From NCBI GenBank assembly GCA_015661775.1, contig DQVM01000076.1, positions 1 to 24,000 on the forward strand: a DNA stretch of 24,000 bases. Reading direction: 5' to 3'. Below, piece by piece: positions 7,946 through 15,356 of this stretch (position 1 is its first letter; each line of letters opens with the position of its first letter). The notes beneath the pieces were generated by a model, which was not told where the DNA came from, did no database searches, and saw nothing but the letters and a program-made list of their open reading frames with translations. Source of the stretch: Candidatus Caldarchaeum subterraneum (lineage in GTDB: Archaea; Thermoproteota; Nitrososphaeria_A; Caldarchaeales; Caldarchaeaceae). A program made the translations under genes and the position numbers.

Positions 7946-9022
7946 ATGGAAGCCGAGGTTGAGATTGAGAAGGTGAAAAAGAGCTTCGGCCCTATTAAGG
8001 CTCTGAAAGAAGTGTCTCTAACTATTAGGAAGAACGAGTTCTTCTCACTCCTCGGCCCAAGCGGCTGCGGTAAGACGACGCTCCTGAGAATCATAGCTGG
8101 CCTTGAGTTCCCCGACGAGGGGGTAGTAAGGCTCGGCGGCAGGGTTGTTAACGACGTACCACCCCACAAAAGGGGAGTTGGCCTAGTCTTCCAAGGAACA
8201 GCAGTATTCCCCCACATGACAGTTTACGATAACATAGCATTCGGCCTCAAAATGCGGGGATACAAGAAAGACGAGATAGATGAGAAAATACATAAGATGC
8301 TTGAGATAATGAACATGCCCTTCGAGATTTACGCCAAGAAAAGAGTTGACCAGCTAAGCGGCGGGGAGAGGCAGAGGGTTGAGATAGCCCGCTCGCTGAT
8401 TATAGAGCCTAACGTCCTCCTCCTAGACGAGCCTCTGGGGCCGCTTGACCTGAAGATAAGGCAGAAGATGCAGATTGAGCTGAAGCGCCTCCAGAAGCGG
8501 GTTGGAACCACCTTCATCTACGTTACCCACGACCAGGGAGAGGCCCTCACCATGTCTGATAGGATAGCAGTTATGCAGAGGGGCGAGGTTCAGCAGGTGG
8601 GGACACCTGAGGAGATTTACCTAAGGCCAGCAAACAGGTTTGTAGCTGAATTTATAGGTGAGACGAACCTAATCGAGGGACGGGTAAGCGGCGATAACAC
8701 CTTCGCAGCAGACGGCCTGCGGTCAGTTATTCTATCCAGCTCCTCGAACCCTGAAAACATTATGGGAGATGCGGTTCTATCTATAAGGCCTGAGAAAATA
8801 CTAGTAGGAGACGAGAGCGCTGGGTTGGTTAATAGGTTTGAGGGTGTTGTGGAGGAGAAGATTTACATGGGGGCATACGCTGTTCTGAAGGTAAGTATAG
8901 ATGATAAGATGGCGTTAACTGTTCAGGTTCAGCCTGCCGAGAAGGTTAATGGCATAAGGGTTGGTCAGCGGATTCAAGTAGGCTGGTCGCCTGAAGACGC
9001 TACAGTTGTTAAACCAACGTGA
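7946..9022 (+). CDS. potA: PotA-type (spermidine/putrescine family) ABC transporter ATP-binding protein with a C-terminal TOBE/OB regulatory domain
   Basis: Walker A GPSGCGKTT, Q-loop VFQGTAVFPHMTVYDNIAFGL, signature LSGGERQRVEIARSL, Walker B LLLDEPLGPLD, and VTHDQGEA. The C-terminal 120 aa (FVAEFIGETNLIEG...SIRPEKI) is typical of PotA/MalK-type regulatory domains. I prefer ATG at 7946; the track start at 7937 is a TTG. Confidence 0.85.
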   Translation: MEAEVEIEKVKKSFGPIKALKEVSLTIRKNEFFSLLGPSGCGKTTLLRIIAGLEFPDEGVVRLGGRVVNDVPPHKRGVGLVFQGTAVFPHMTVYDNIAFGLKMRGYKKDEIDEKIHKMLEIMNMPFEIYAKKRVDQLSGGERQRVEIARSLIIEPNVLLLDEPLGPLDLKIRQKMQIELKRLQKRVGTTFIYVTHDQGEALTMSDRIAVMQRGEVQQVGTPEEIYLRPANRFVAEFIGETNLIEGRVSGDNTFAADGLRSVILSSSSNPENIMGDAVLSIRPEKILVGDESAGLVNRFEGVVEEKIYMGAYAVLKVSIDDKMALTVQVQPAEKVNGIRVGQRIQVGWSPEDATVVKPT

Positions 9023-9026
9023 TATC

Positions 9027-9908
9027 ATGAGCGAGAAGATCTTAGAAAAGATAAGGCACCGACGGAAAGCCCAGCTTCTCCTCATACTATCTCTCCCCCT
9101 CGCATTTTACATAATCTACTTCTTAATCCCGTTCATCGCAGCTGTAGGGGTTAGCGTGGGTTTAATCCTGCCTAGGGAGGTGCAGCTCCAGAGAGGGGAG
9201 GTAATAACGCTACGCTACTACATGGACGCTATAAACCCGATTTTCCTGAAAGTTCTTGGGAAATCCCTCTACATAGCGGTAGCTACCACGGTTCTCTGCC
9301 TAGTTTTAGGATACCCCCTCGCCTACTACGTAGCATTCAAAGGCGGAAGATACAGAAACGTCCTAATACTCTTGGTTATAGTTCCTTTCTGGGTTACCTT
9401 CCTCCTGAGAGCATACGCCATGCTCTCGCTCCTCAGCCCTGAGGGTGTTTTAAACAGCTTCTTGATAAACACGGGGATAATCTCAAAGCCCCTTTTCCTG
9501 ATTTACAACGAGAACGCGGTTCTACTAGGCATGGTATACGGTTATCTGCCTTTCACAGTTCTCCCCCTATATGCTTCGCTGGAGAAGATAAGCAGAGTAT
9601 ACGTAGAGGCTGCTAAAGTTCTCGGAGCAAGCCCAGTAAGAGCATTCCTACACGTAACGCTACCGCTGAGTAAACCCGGCCTAGTCGCTGGAACCCTGCT
9701 TACGTTCATACCATCCGCGGGGGAGTTCATAATACCTGAGTTCCTAGGAGGGCCCAACGAGTTCTTCGTAGGTAACATGATATACTCCGCTTTCATAGAG
9801 GCCCAGAACTGGAACTGGGGAGCCTCGATAGCTACGATATACATAGCAATAGTCATAGCTGGTATAATGCTCTATCTCAAGTATGTTGGGGAGGAGTTGA
9901 GAATATGA
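9027..9908 (+). CDS. potB: PotB-type ABC transporter permease
   Basis: A six-helix-type membrane protein with the EAA loop VEAAKVLGASPVRAFLHVTLPLSKPG. ATG at 9027 lies 4 nt after the potA stop; the track start at 9006 is a TTG inside potA. Confidence 0.85.
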   Translation: MSEKILEKIRHRRKAQLLLILSLPLAFYIIYFLIPFIAAVGVSVGLILPREVQLQRGEVITLRYYMDAINPIFLKVLGKSLYIAVATTVLCLVLGYPLAYYVAFKGGRYRNVLILLVIVPFWVTFLLRAYAMLSLLSPEGVLNSFLINTGIISKPLFLIYNENAVLLGMVYGYLPFTVLPLYASLEKISRVYVEAAKVLGASPVRAFLHVTLPLSKPGLVAGTLLTFIPSAGEFIIPEFLGGPNEFFVGNMIYSAFIEAQNWNWGASIATIYIAIVIAGIMLYLKYVGEELRI

Positions 9909-10681
9909 GGAGGCTAGGCGACCGGATTCTACTTGCTTACACTATAATGTTGTTCGTCTTCCTATACACGCCTATAGTATCTATGGCGTTGGTGTCCTTC
10001 AACTCAGGCCGGGGGATTCTAAAATGGGAGAGCTTTACGCTGGAGTGGTATACCAAAGCCTTGAGCAACGAGAAGATTCTTAACGCTCTGTTCAACAGCG
10101 CTTGGGTGGCTGTAACCGTTACATTACTAGCTATCGCCATGGCGTTGCTGGCAGCTATAGCTGTTGGACGGTATCAGTTTAGGTTTAAACTGGCCCTTAA
10201 CACAGGCCTGTTTCTAGCTATAGTGGTACCTGAAATAGTGGAGGCCCTAACGCTTATGCTCTTCTTCCTCTGGATAGGCTCACCGTTCGGAGCATCAACC
10301 GTAATAATAGGGCATCTAGTTTGGTTCCCCATAGTATACGTGGTTATAAGAGCCCGTATGGCCGGGATGCCTAGGGTATACGAGGAGGCTGCTAGGGTTC
10401 TAGGAGCCAACGAGTTGCAAACCTTTTTCAAGATAACACTCCCCCTCCTACTCCCGGGTATCATAACAGGAGGCCTGCTTATCTTCACATGGTCATGGGA
10501 CAGCTTCATAAAAACCCAGTTCACACGAGGCCCGGGATTTGAGACTCTCCCAATCTACATATGGAACTCAGTGGGTGCGAGAGGAAGGGGATTATCCCCT
10601 GAAGTCAACGCCATAGCTACATTATCGTTGATAATCTCGATAGCTTTGGCTTATCTCTACACTAGGTTCAGAGGAAGATAG
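9905..10681 (+). CDS. potC: PotC-type ABC transporter permease
   Basis: EAA loop EEAARVLGANELQTFFKITLPLLLPG. Its start overlaps the preceding permease gene as ATGA. Confidence 0.85.
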   Translation: MRRLGDRILLAYTIMLFVFLYTPIVSMALVSFNSGRGILKWESFTLEWYTKALSNEKILNALFNSAWVAVTVTLLAIAMALLAAIAVGRYQFRFKLALNTGLFLAIVVPEIVEALTLMLFFLWIGSPFGASTVIIGHLVWFPIVYVVIRARMAGMPRVYEEAARVLGANELQTFFKITLPLLLPGIITGGLLIFTWSWDSFIKTQFTRGPGFETLPIYIWNSVGARGRGLSPEVNAIATLSLIISIALAYLYTRFRGR

Positions 10682-10691
10682 GAGGATATTC

Positions 10692-10703
10692 TCGTATTTT
10701 TTA
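10692..10703 (+). terminator. Oligo-T run, candidate archaeal terminator of the aminotransferase-potABC unit
   Basis: A T6 run at 10697-10702 lies within the 25-nt convergent spacer between the potC stop (10681) and the potD stop (10707). Confidence 0.35.
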
Positions 10704-10706
10704 GGG

Positions 10707-11939
10707 TTAGGCCACCAGTATCTCCTGCCACGCGCGGGTTAGCATCTCACGTTCTTCAGGCGTTCTACCACGCCACGCCTCCAGCTTAGCCATAATCTCA
10801 GGCGGCGGGTATATACTCTCGTCGTTCTGCATCTCCTCAGGTAGGAGTTCGAAAGTTATCTTATTAGGCGTCATCAAGCCGTTGTATATCGTGAGCGCAA
10901 GCTGTGATGTTGGTTCGAACATGTAGTTTATCCAAGCGTAGGCCGCCTCTATGTTCTTAGCAGACTTGGGGATGATCATGCAGTCAGTCCATATCTCGCA
11001 TCCCTCCTTCGGCACTATATACTCTACGTTATTCTCAGAGCTCTGGTAAACCCATGTCTCGCTGATCCAGAAACGCCCCTCGTCAAGCCCCGGCTGGTAC
11101 TCTGAAGCAGCTGCATAAGCTGCTAGGAAGGGCTTCTGCTGTATCATAACCTCCTTAGCTGCTTCTATGTTTTCTGGCGAAAGGTCGTTTATCGACTTCC
11201 CCAACACTCCTTTTATCACGTTGGGTATCGTCTCTACACCCCCGGGTATCATGGTGGCTGTCTTCACGCCATCCTTGGGGCTGTATTTTGGTAGGAAGTA
11301 ATCAAAGTCGAAGAGAGAGTCCAACCAGCCTGTAGGCCAGTCTTCCTCCGCTATCTTATCCATTCTAAATGATATGCCGGAAGTGCCGCTCTGGTATGGT
11401 ACTGTGAATGTTCTACCGGGGTCGTATGCGGGGTTCTTAAGCTCATCGAAGACGAAGGCTTCGTAGTTGGGGATCTTGCTGTAGTCTAGCTTCGTAACGT
11501 ACCTATCATAGTCTTCTAACGTTATAGTCCCTCCGGTTATTACGGTTACGTCGTAGGGCATGTTGCCTGTAAGCAGCTTGGCCAGAACCTCGTCGCTGGT
11601 TTCGAAGGTGTCGTAGATTATCTTGACGCCTGTCCTCTCCTCGAAGAGGGTTAGCAGCTGCTCCGGGATGTATTCCGACCAGTTGAATATCCTCAGTTCT
11701 TTATCCGGTATCTCATACTGGGCCAGCTTCTCCTTTAACTCCTGTATCTCGGCCTCTAGTTTTGATATCGTTTCTCCTGCGAGCTTCTCCGCCTCCTTCT
11801 GCTGTTGTTCTGCAAGTTTTTCAAGCTCAGCTCTAGCGGAGTTTAGGCCTGCCATGTAACCGCCCGCCACTCCAGCTATGCCCGCAGCTACCGCAGCTCC
11901 AACAACCTTAAAGAAGGAACGCCGGTTTCCGTTCGTCAT
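10707..11939 (-). CDS. potD: PotD/PotF-type polyamine-binding protein with a twin-arginine-like signal/anchor and a coiled-coil stalk
   Basis: The core matches the PotD pattern: LRIFNWSEYIPEQLLTLFEERTGVKIIYDTFETSDEVLAKL, YDVTVITG, and TVPYQSGTSGISF. The N-terminus is MTNGNRRSFFKVVGAAVAAGIAGVAGG, an RRxFFK motif plus a hydrophobic segment. It is followed by the helical ELEKLAEQQQKEAEKLAGETISKLEAEIQELKEKLAQYE. Confidence 0.85.
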   Translation of the reverse strand: MTNGNRRSFFKVVGAAVAAGIAGVAGGYMAGLNSARAELEKLAEQQQKEAEKLAGETISKLEAEIQELKEKLAQYEIPDKELRIFNWSEYIPEQLLTLFEERTGVKIIYDTFETSDEVLAKLLTGNMPYDVTVITGGTITLEDYDRYVTKLDYSKIPNYEAFVFDELKNPAYDPGRTFTVPYQSGTSGISFRMDKIAEEDWPTGWLDSLFDFDYFLPKYSPKDGVKTATMIPGGVETIPNVIKGVLGKSINDLSPENIEAAKEVMIQQKPFLAAYAAASEYQPGLDEGRFWISETWVYQSSENNVEYIVPKEGCEIWTDCMIIPKSAKNIEAAYAWINYMFEPTSQLALTIYNGLMTPNKITFELLPEEMQNDESIYPPPEIMAKLEAWRGRTPEEREMLTRAWQEILVA

Positions 11940-11991
11940 ATTTTATACTTCAGCCCATAGATGGTATATAAGCATTTTAAGAAAAAAGGAT
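11940..11991 (-). promoter_or_regulatory. Terminator of the upstream dehydrogenase gene plus the promoter of the potD-like gene
   Basis: On the minus strand, a T6 run (plus-strand 11982-11987) lies just after the stop at 11992. GCTTATATACC (plus-strand 11961-11973) lies about 28 nt before ATG 11939, which fits a leaderless transcript. Confidence 0.4.
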
Positions 11992-13167
11992 CTAGTTTAA
12001 AACCTCTTTACGGTCTTCTGTTATTTTTATTCCATGTTTGCCTATTTCGTTGAATAGGTTCTCTGGGTTTATGCATACCTCCGGTGGGACAACCCCTTTT
12101 TCCTTAATCTCGCCGTCTGCTATCATTATTGATGCTGTTGAAGAAGGGAGTCCCACGCCTATCTGGGCGCTGCTCATTCTCCACTCAGGCTTGGGGGGTA
12201 TCGTTATGTCGTAGATTTTTCTTACAGGCTTTCCGAGCCTTTCACCTTCTATTATTACTCGTGTTATCTCCCAATCGTTGGGGGTTACGTCTTCAGGGTA
12301 TCCTACCCACCCTTTCTTATCTAACATTGTTAGGAGGAATTTCCTAGGGTTTATTTTGGTTGAGTTGATTTCTATATCCTCAGATTCGGCAAACCCTATG
12401 TCTGCCAGCATTTTGATGAAGAGCAGGTCTGGGCTTCCTTCCATCCAGTCGCATCTCCTAAGCCCTTTATCTCTGAAGCTCCGTGGGAGCGTGGCTATCT
12501 CCGAGTGTATGGTAACGTAGGTATCCATACGCCCTATCGGTTCTGGGAAATCCACGGTCTCGCATCTTGATAAAGCAGGTATGGTCTTCAGCTCTCCATT
12601 CTCGTAAATAACCGCGTCCATAACCATCTCATCGAATAAAGTCTGTAGAGACCAAGTAACAACAAACGGCGGAGCACCTTCTGTAAAGTCCCTAGAACCA
12701 TCCCGTATAAGAACTGAGAACATCTTATCAAGGTAATCAGCAGCGTGCCGTGCTACAACATTCGTTACACCCGGCTGAGCTCCCATACCTATGACCGCCA
12801 CCAACCCAGCTGACTTGAAGAGTTTATCCAGCTCAAGCTGCTTTAGCGTAACGTGATATAAACCCCCATGATCCACGTAGTTAACCCTGGCCTTTAACGC
12901 AGCCTGCATAACTGGTATATTGAAGTAATACTGCACCGCGTTTATGACTACGTCAAAACCTCTTAGAAGCTCTGCGGTCTTCTCAACATCTGTAACGTCA
13001 ACTTGAGCAAACGTTAGTTTTCCGCTCTTTATTTTCTTAGCTACCCTATCTAGGGCTTTCCTGTTTATATCTCCTACGAGTATTTCGGAGACCTTCTTGT
13101 TTTCAACTAGGTTTCTTACAGCGGCTTGGCCTGTTAACCCTGCTCCTCCTAGAACAGCTATACGCAA
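11992..13167 (-). CDS. Saccharopine dehydrogenase-like NAD(P)-dependent oxidoreductase, carboxy(nor)spermidine dehydrogenase-like architecture, paralog 1
   Basis: Starts with the Rossmann motif MRIAVLGGAGLTGQAAV. The family-typical blocks follow in order: VINAV, NYVD, GMGAQPGVTNVVARHAA, SLQTLFDEM, VDFPEPIG, YVTIHSEIATLP, MLADIGF, and GVVPPEV. Length is 391 aa. The TTG start is forced, because the two codons upstream read TAG-GGT. GGTG lies 9 nt upstream. Confidence 0.75.
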   Translation of the reverse strand: MRIAVLGGAGLTGQAAVRNLVENKKVSEILVGDINRKALDRVAKKIKSGKLTFAQVDVTDVEKTAELLRGFDVVINAVQYYFNIPVMQAALKARVNYVDHGGLYHVTLKQLELDKLFKSAGLVAVIGMGAQPGVTNVVARHAADYLDKMFSVLIRDGSRDFTEGAPPFVVTWSLQTLFDEMVMDAVIYENGELKTIPALSRCETVDFPEPIGRMDTYVTIHSEIATLPRSFRDKGLRRCDWMEGSPDLLFIKMLADIGFAESEDIEINSTKINPRKFLLTMLDKKGWVGYPEDVTPNDWEITRVIIEGERLGKPVRKIYDITIPPKPEWRMSSAQIGVGLPSSTASIMIADGEIKEKGVVPPEVCINPENLFNEIGKHGIKITEDRKEVLN

Positions 13168-13307
13168 ACCCTACACCAAGCCGGTTAATTTTAAGGTGTA
13201 TTCTATAAAACTTTCCTCATACTTGGTGGATTAAGGTTTATAGCAACTCTGCAGCGATGGATAGGTGGGTGTTAACAAGAGGTATGCAACGTAGCGATTC
13301 TGCTGAG
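13168..13307. promoter_or_regulatory. Divergent promoter region between dehydrogenase paralog 1 and the SpeH-like gene
   Basis: TATA-like boxes are present on both strands: AAGGTTTATAGC at 13233-13244 on the plus strand, and TTTTATAG / CTTAAAATTAA on the minus strand. The plus-strand box implies a transcription start downstream of the ATG at 13257, which supports the 13308 start. Confidence 0.35.
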
Positions 13308-13661
13308 ATGAAAATTGTGGGTAAGCATGTTTATGCCAACCTCTACGACTGCGACCCTTGGGTTATAGATGACGAGGAGAGGCTGGTGGGAATTGTCAAA
13401 AGAACAGCCGAGATAACCAACTCAAAGCTTATTCAAGTTCTCTCATGGAGGTTTGGCGGAGAAAAAGGCGGAGTATCTGCAATAGCCTTGATAAACGAAA
13501 GCCACATAGCAATACATACATGGAAAGCCTACAACTACGCGACAGTGGATATCTACACCTGCGGAACCCACACAGACCCAGAAAAAGGTTTAGAATACAT
13601 AATCTCACAGCTTAAACCCGTAAAAACAGTAAAACACGCGATAAACAGGTCTCTAACATAA
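13308..13661 (+). CDS. speH: Pyruvoyl-dependent S-adenosylmethionine decarboxylase-family proenzyme (small SpeH/SpeD type); the substrate could be AdoMet, arginine, or something else
   Basis: MKIVGKHVYANLYDCD...GVSAIALINESHIAIHTWKAYNYATVDIYTCG matches the small prokaryotic AdoMetDC fold. The self-cleavage Glu-Ser (Ser codon AGC at 13500-13502) falls at residue 65 when counted from the ATG at 13308. This matches the position known from bacterial and archaeal homologs. The 17-aa extension from 13257 has no counterpart in the family. Confidence 0.8.
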   Translation: MKIVGKHVYANLYDCDPWVIDDEERLVGIVKRTAEITNSKLIQVLSWRFGGEKGGVSAIALINESHIAIHTWKAYNYATVDIYTCGTHTDPEKGLEYIISQLKPVKTVKHAINRSLT

Positions 13662-13960
13662 AACACCTAAAAGACAGAGAATAAAGATGTGTGGAACATA
13701 GATAACGTGTTATAGGCTTAAAAGGGTTTGAAGAGAGAGTATTATCCACGCATATTGCTTCTAGAAGAGATAAATACAAGCTTTAGAATCTAGAGTATAG
13801 CGGCTGAATGGCCTGATGTAAGGGCCATGGCCGTTTATTGACGTGGGGCTGGGAGGCTGTTAGAGGAGGATTCCAATTCGGATAAAATCAACAACCTCTA
13901 CTCTCGGTCTTTCTGGCTTCCGTTAGTAGATGCAGTATCGTCTAGAGGTGAGTATAGTCT

Positions 13961-15133
13961 TTGAAGATACTAGTTCTTGGTGTTGGAGCTGTAGGTGAGG
14001 TAATAGTTAAGCACCTCACCGATAATGGTAGGATATCACTTACCGTGGCCGATGTAGACGAGGCTAGACTCCGTAGGATAAAACGTAAGGTAAAAGAGAG
14101 GAAGCTAAGAACTGAGAAGATAAACATGGGCGATGCTGAGAGGCTTGAAGAGATTATCAAGGACCATGAACTGCTGGTTAACGCAGCTACACCCGACATA
14201 AACCTGATGCTGATGAACTCCTGCTTAAAACACGGCGTTAACTACATAGACCTAGCCAGCGATGAGATAGATGAACAACTCTCTTTAGATAGGAAATACA
14301 AGAGCAAAGAGATAATGGCTATAATCTGCCTAGGCGAAGACCCCGGTCTTTCAAACATCTACGCCAGATACGCAGCTGACAGGCTGGATAAAGTTCATGA
14401 GATAAAGATAAGGGATGGCGAGGTTTCAAAAAGCAGGAAATACCCCCTGGTGGCTTTATTCTCCCCCGAGGTATTCTTCGACGAGATTCTATCACCCTCC
14501 TACATATACGTTGATGGACGTTATAAGAAACTATCTCCGTTCAGCGGGTATGAGCTGTATGAGTTTCCAGAGCCTTTAGGTAGGCAGCCAGTTTACTCAG
14601 TGGCCCATGAGGAGGTCTTCACACTACCTAAGTTCATCAAGAAGGGGGTTAGGTATGTTGACTTCAAGCTGTCGTTATCGGATGAGCTTATACAAGCTAT
14701 AAAGCTCCTTAGGCGTATAGGCTTGTTGAGGGCCCGTAAGGTTCCTGTGAAGGGTACGAAAGTGGCTCCGAAGGATGTCTTCTTCGCTCTCATGCCCAAG
14801 CCATCTGAGGTTTCTAGGTATATAGAGGGGCATGCGGCGTTGGTTGTGGAGGTTACTGGAGAGTCGGAGAAGAGGGAGGTAACCTACACGATGTACACGT
14901 TGATGAGCCACGAGGAGGCGTATAGGATGTTCAGAGCCAACGCAACAGCATACCTAACAGGTACTGTCCCTGCCGTTATAGCAGGAATGATAGCTAAGGG
15001 CAAGATAGAGGGCGAGGGCGTTATGGTCCCTGAACAGCTTGAGCCTGAGCCTATAATAGAGGAGATAGCTGAGAAGAAGATAGTAAGCTACTTAGAAACC
15101 TCTGAAGAAGGCGTGATGCCCATGGCAGAATAG
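13961..15133 (+). CDS. Saccharopine dehydrogenase-like NAD(P)-dependent oxidoreductase, carboxy(nor)spermidine dehydrogenase-like architecture, paralog 2
   Basis: Starts with the Rossmann motif MKILVLGVGAVGEVIVKHL. The family blocks follow: LVNAATP, NYIDLA, LGEDPGLSNIYARYAA, FSPEVFFDEI, YEFPEPLG, YSVAHEEVFTLPKF, LLRRIGLL, TGTVPAVIAGMIAKG, and GVMVPEQLEPEP. Length is 390 aa. The TTG start is forced, because the upstream in-frame codons read TAG-TCT. GAGGTGA lies 10 nt upstream. Confidence 0.75.
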   Translation: MKILVLGVGAVGEVIVKHLTDNGRISLTVADVDEARLRRIKRKVKERKLRTEKINMGDAERLEEIIKDHELLVNAATPDINLMLMNSCLKHGVNYIDLASDEIDEQLSLDRKYKSKEIMAIICLGEDPGLSNIYARYAADRLDKVHEIKIRDGEVSKSRKYPLVALFSPEVFFDEILSPSYIYVDGRYKKLSPFSGYELYEFPEPLGRQPVYSVAHEEVFTLPKFIKKGVRYVDFKLSLSDELIQAIKLLRRIGLLRARKVPVKGTKVAPKDVFFALMPKPSEVSRYIEGHAALVVEVTGESEKREVTYTMYTLMSHEEAYRMFRANATAYLTGTVPAVIAGMIAKGKIEGEGVMVPEQLEPEPIIEEIAEKKIVSYLETSEEGVMPMAE

Positions 15134-15356
15134 CCAAAAAGCATCCCATTTCTTCAGATAAGCTCCAAAAAGACCCCATTCATCATCTATACCGATAAGA
15201 AAAGCCCAGACGCCTTCTATCGTCAAAAACATGATTTAACGGTTAAACAGACCCTTATCTATTGAGATTCGCGTATTCTGTGCAGAGATTAACGAAGACC
15301 CTGTTTGAGATAGATTTTAGAAATGCTAGTTAGTAGGTGTAGTAGTGGTTTAAGAC

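Noticed and set aside
10912-10919. GGTTCGAA strings resembling a tRNA T-loop, here and at 18218-18227
   Set aside because: Both lie inside well-supported coding sequences (the PotD-like and PotB-like genes). Neither has a flanking acceptor or anticodon stem that I could pair by eye.
13257-13307. Upstream ATG giving a 134-aa version of the SpeH-like protein
   Set aside because: Family members start about 3-5 residues before the G-K-H motif. With ATG 13308 the cleavage serine falls at the position expected for small AdoMetDCs. The TATA-like box at 13233-13244 would place the transcription start downstream of 13257.
15134-15180. Imperfect direct repeat CCAAAAAGCATCCCATT / CCAAAAAGACCCCATT just after the SDH paralog 2 stop
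   Set aside because: There are only two short, imperfect copies with a gap, 31 nt apart, in an A-rich spacer. This cannot be told apart from chance without comparative data. It may be worth a glance if a motif search of the other island promoters is run.
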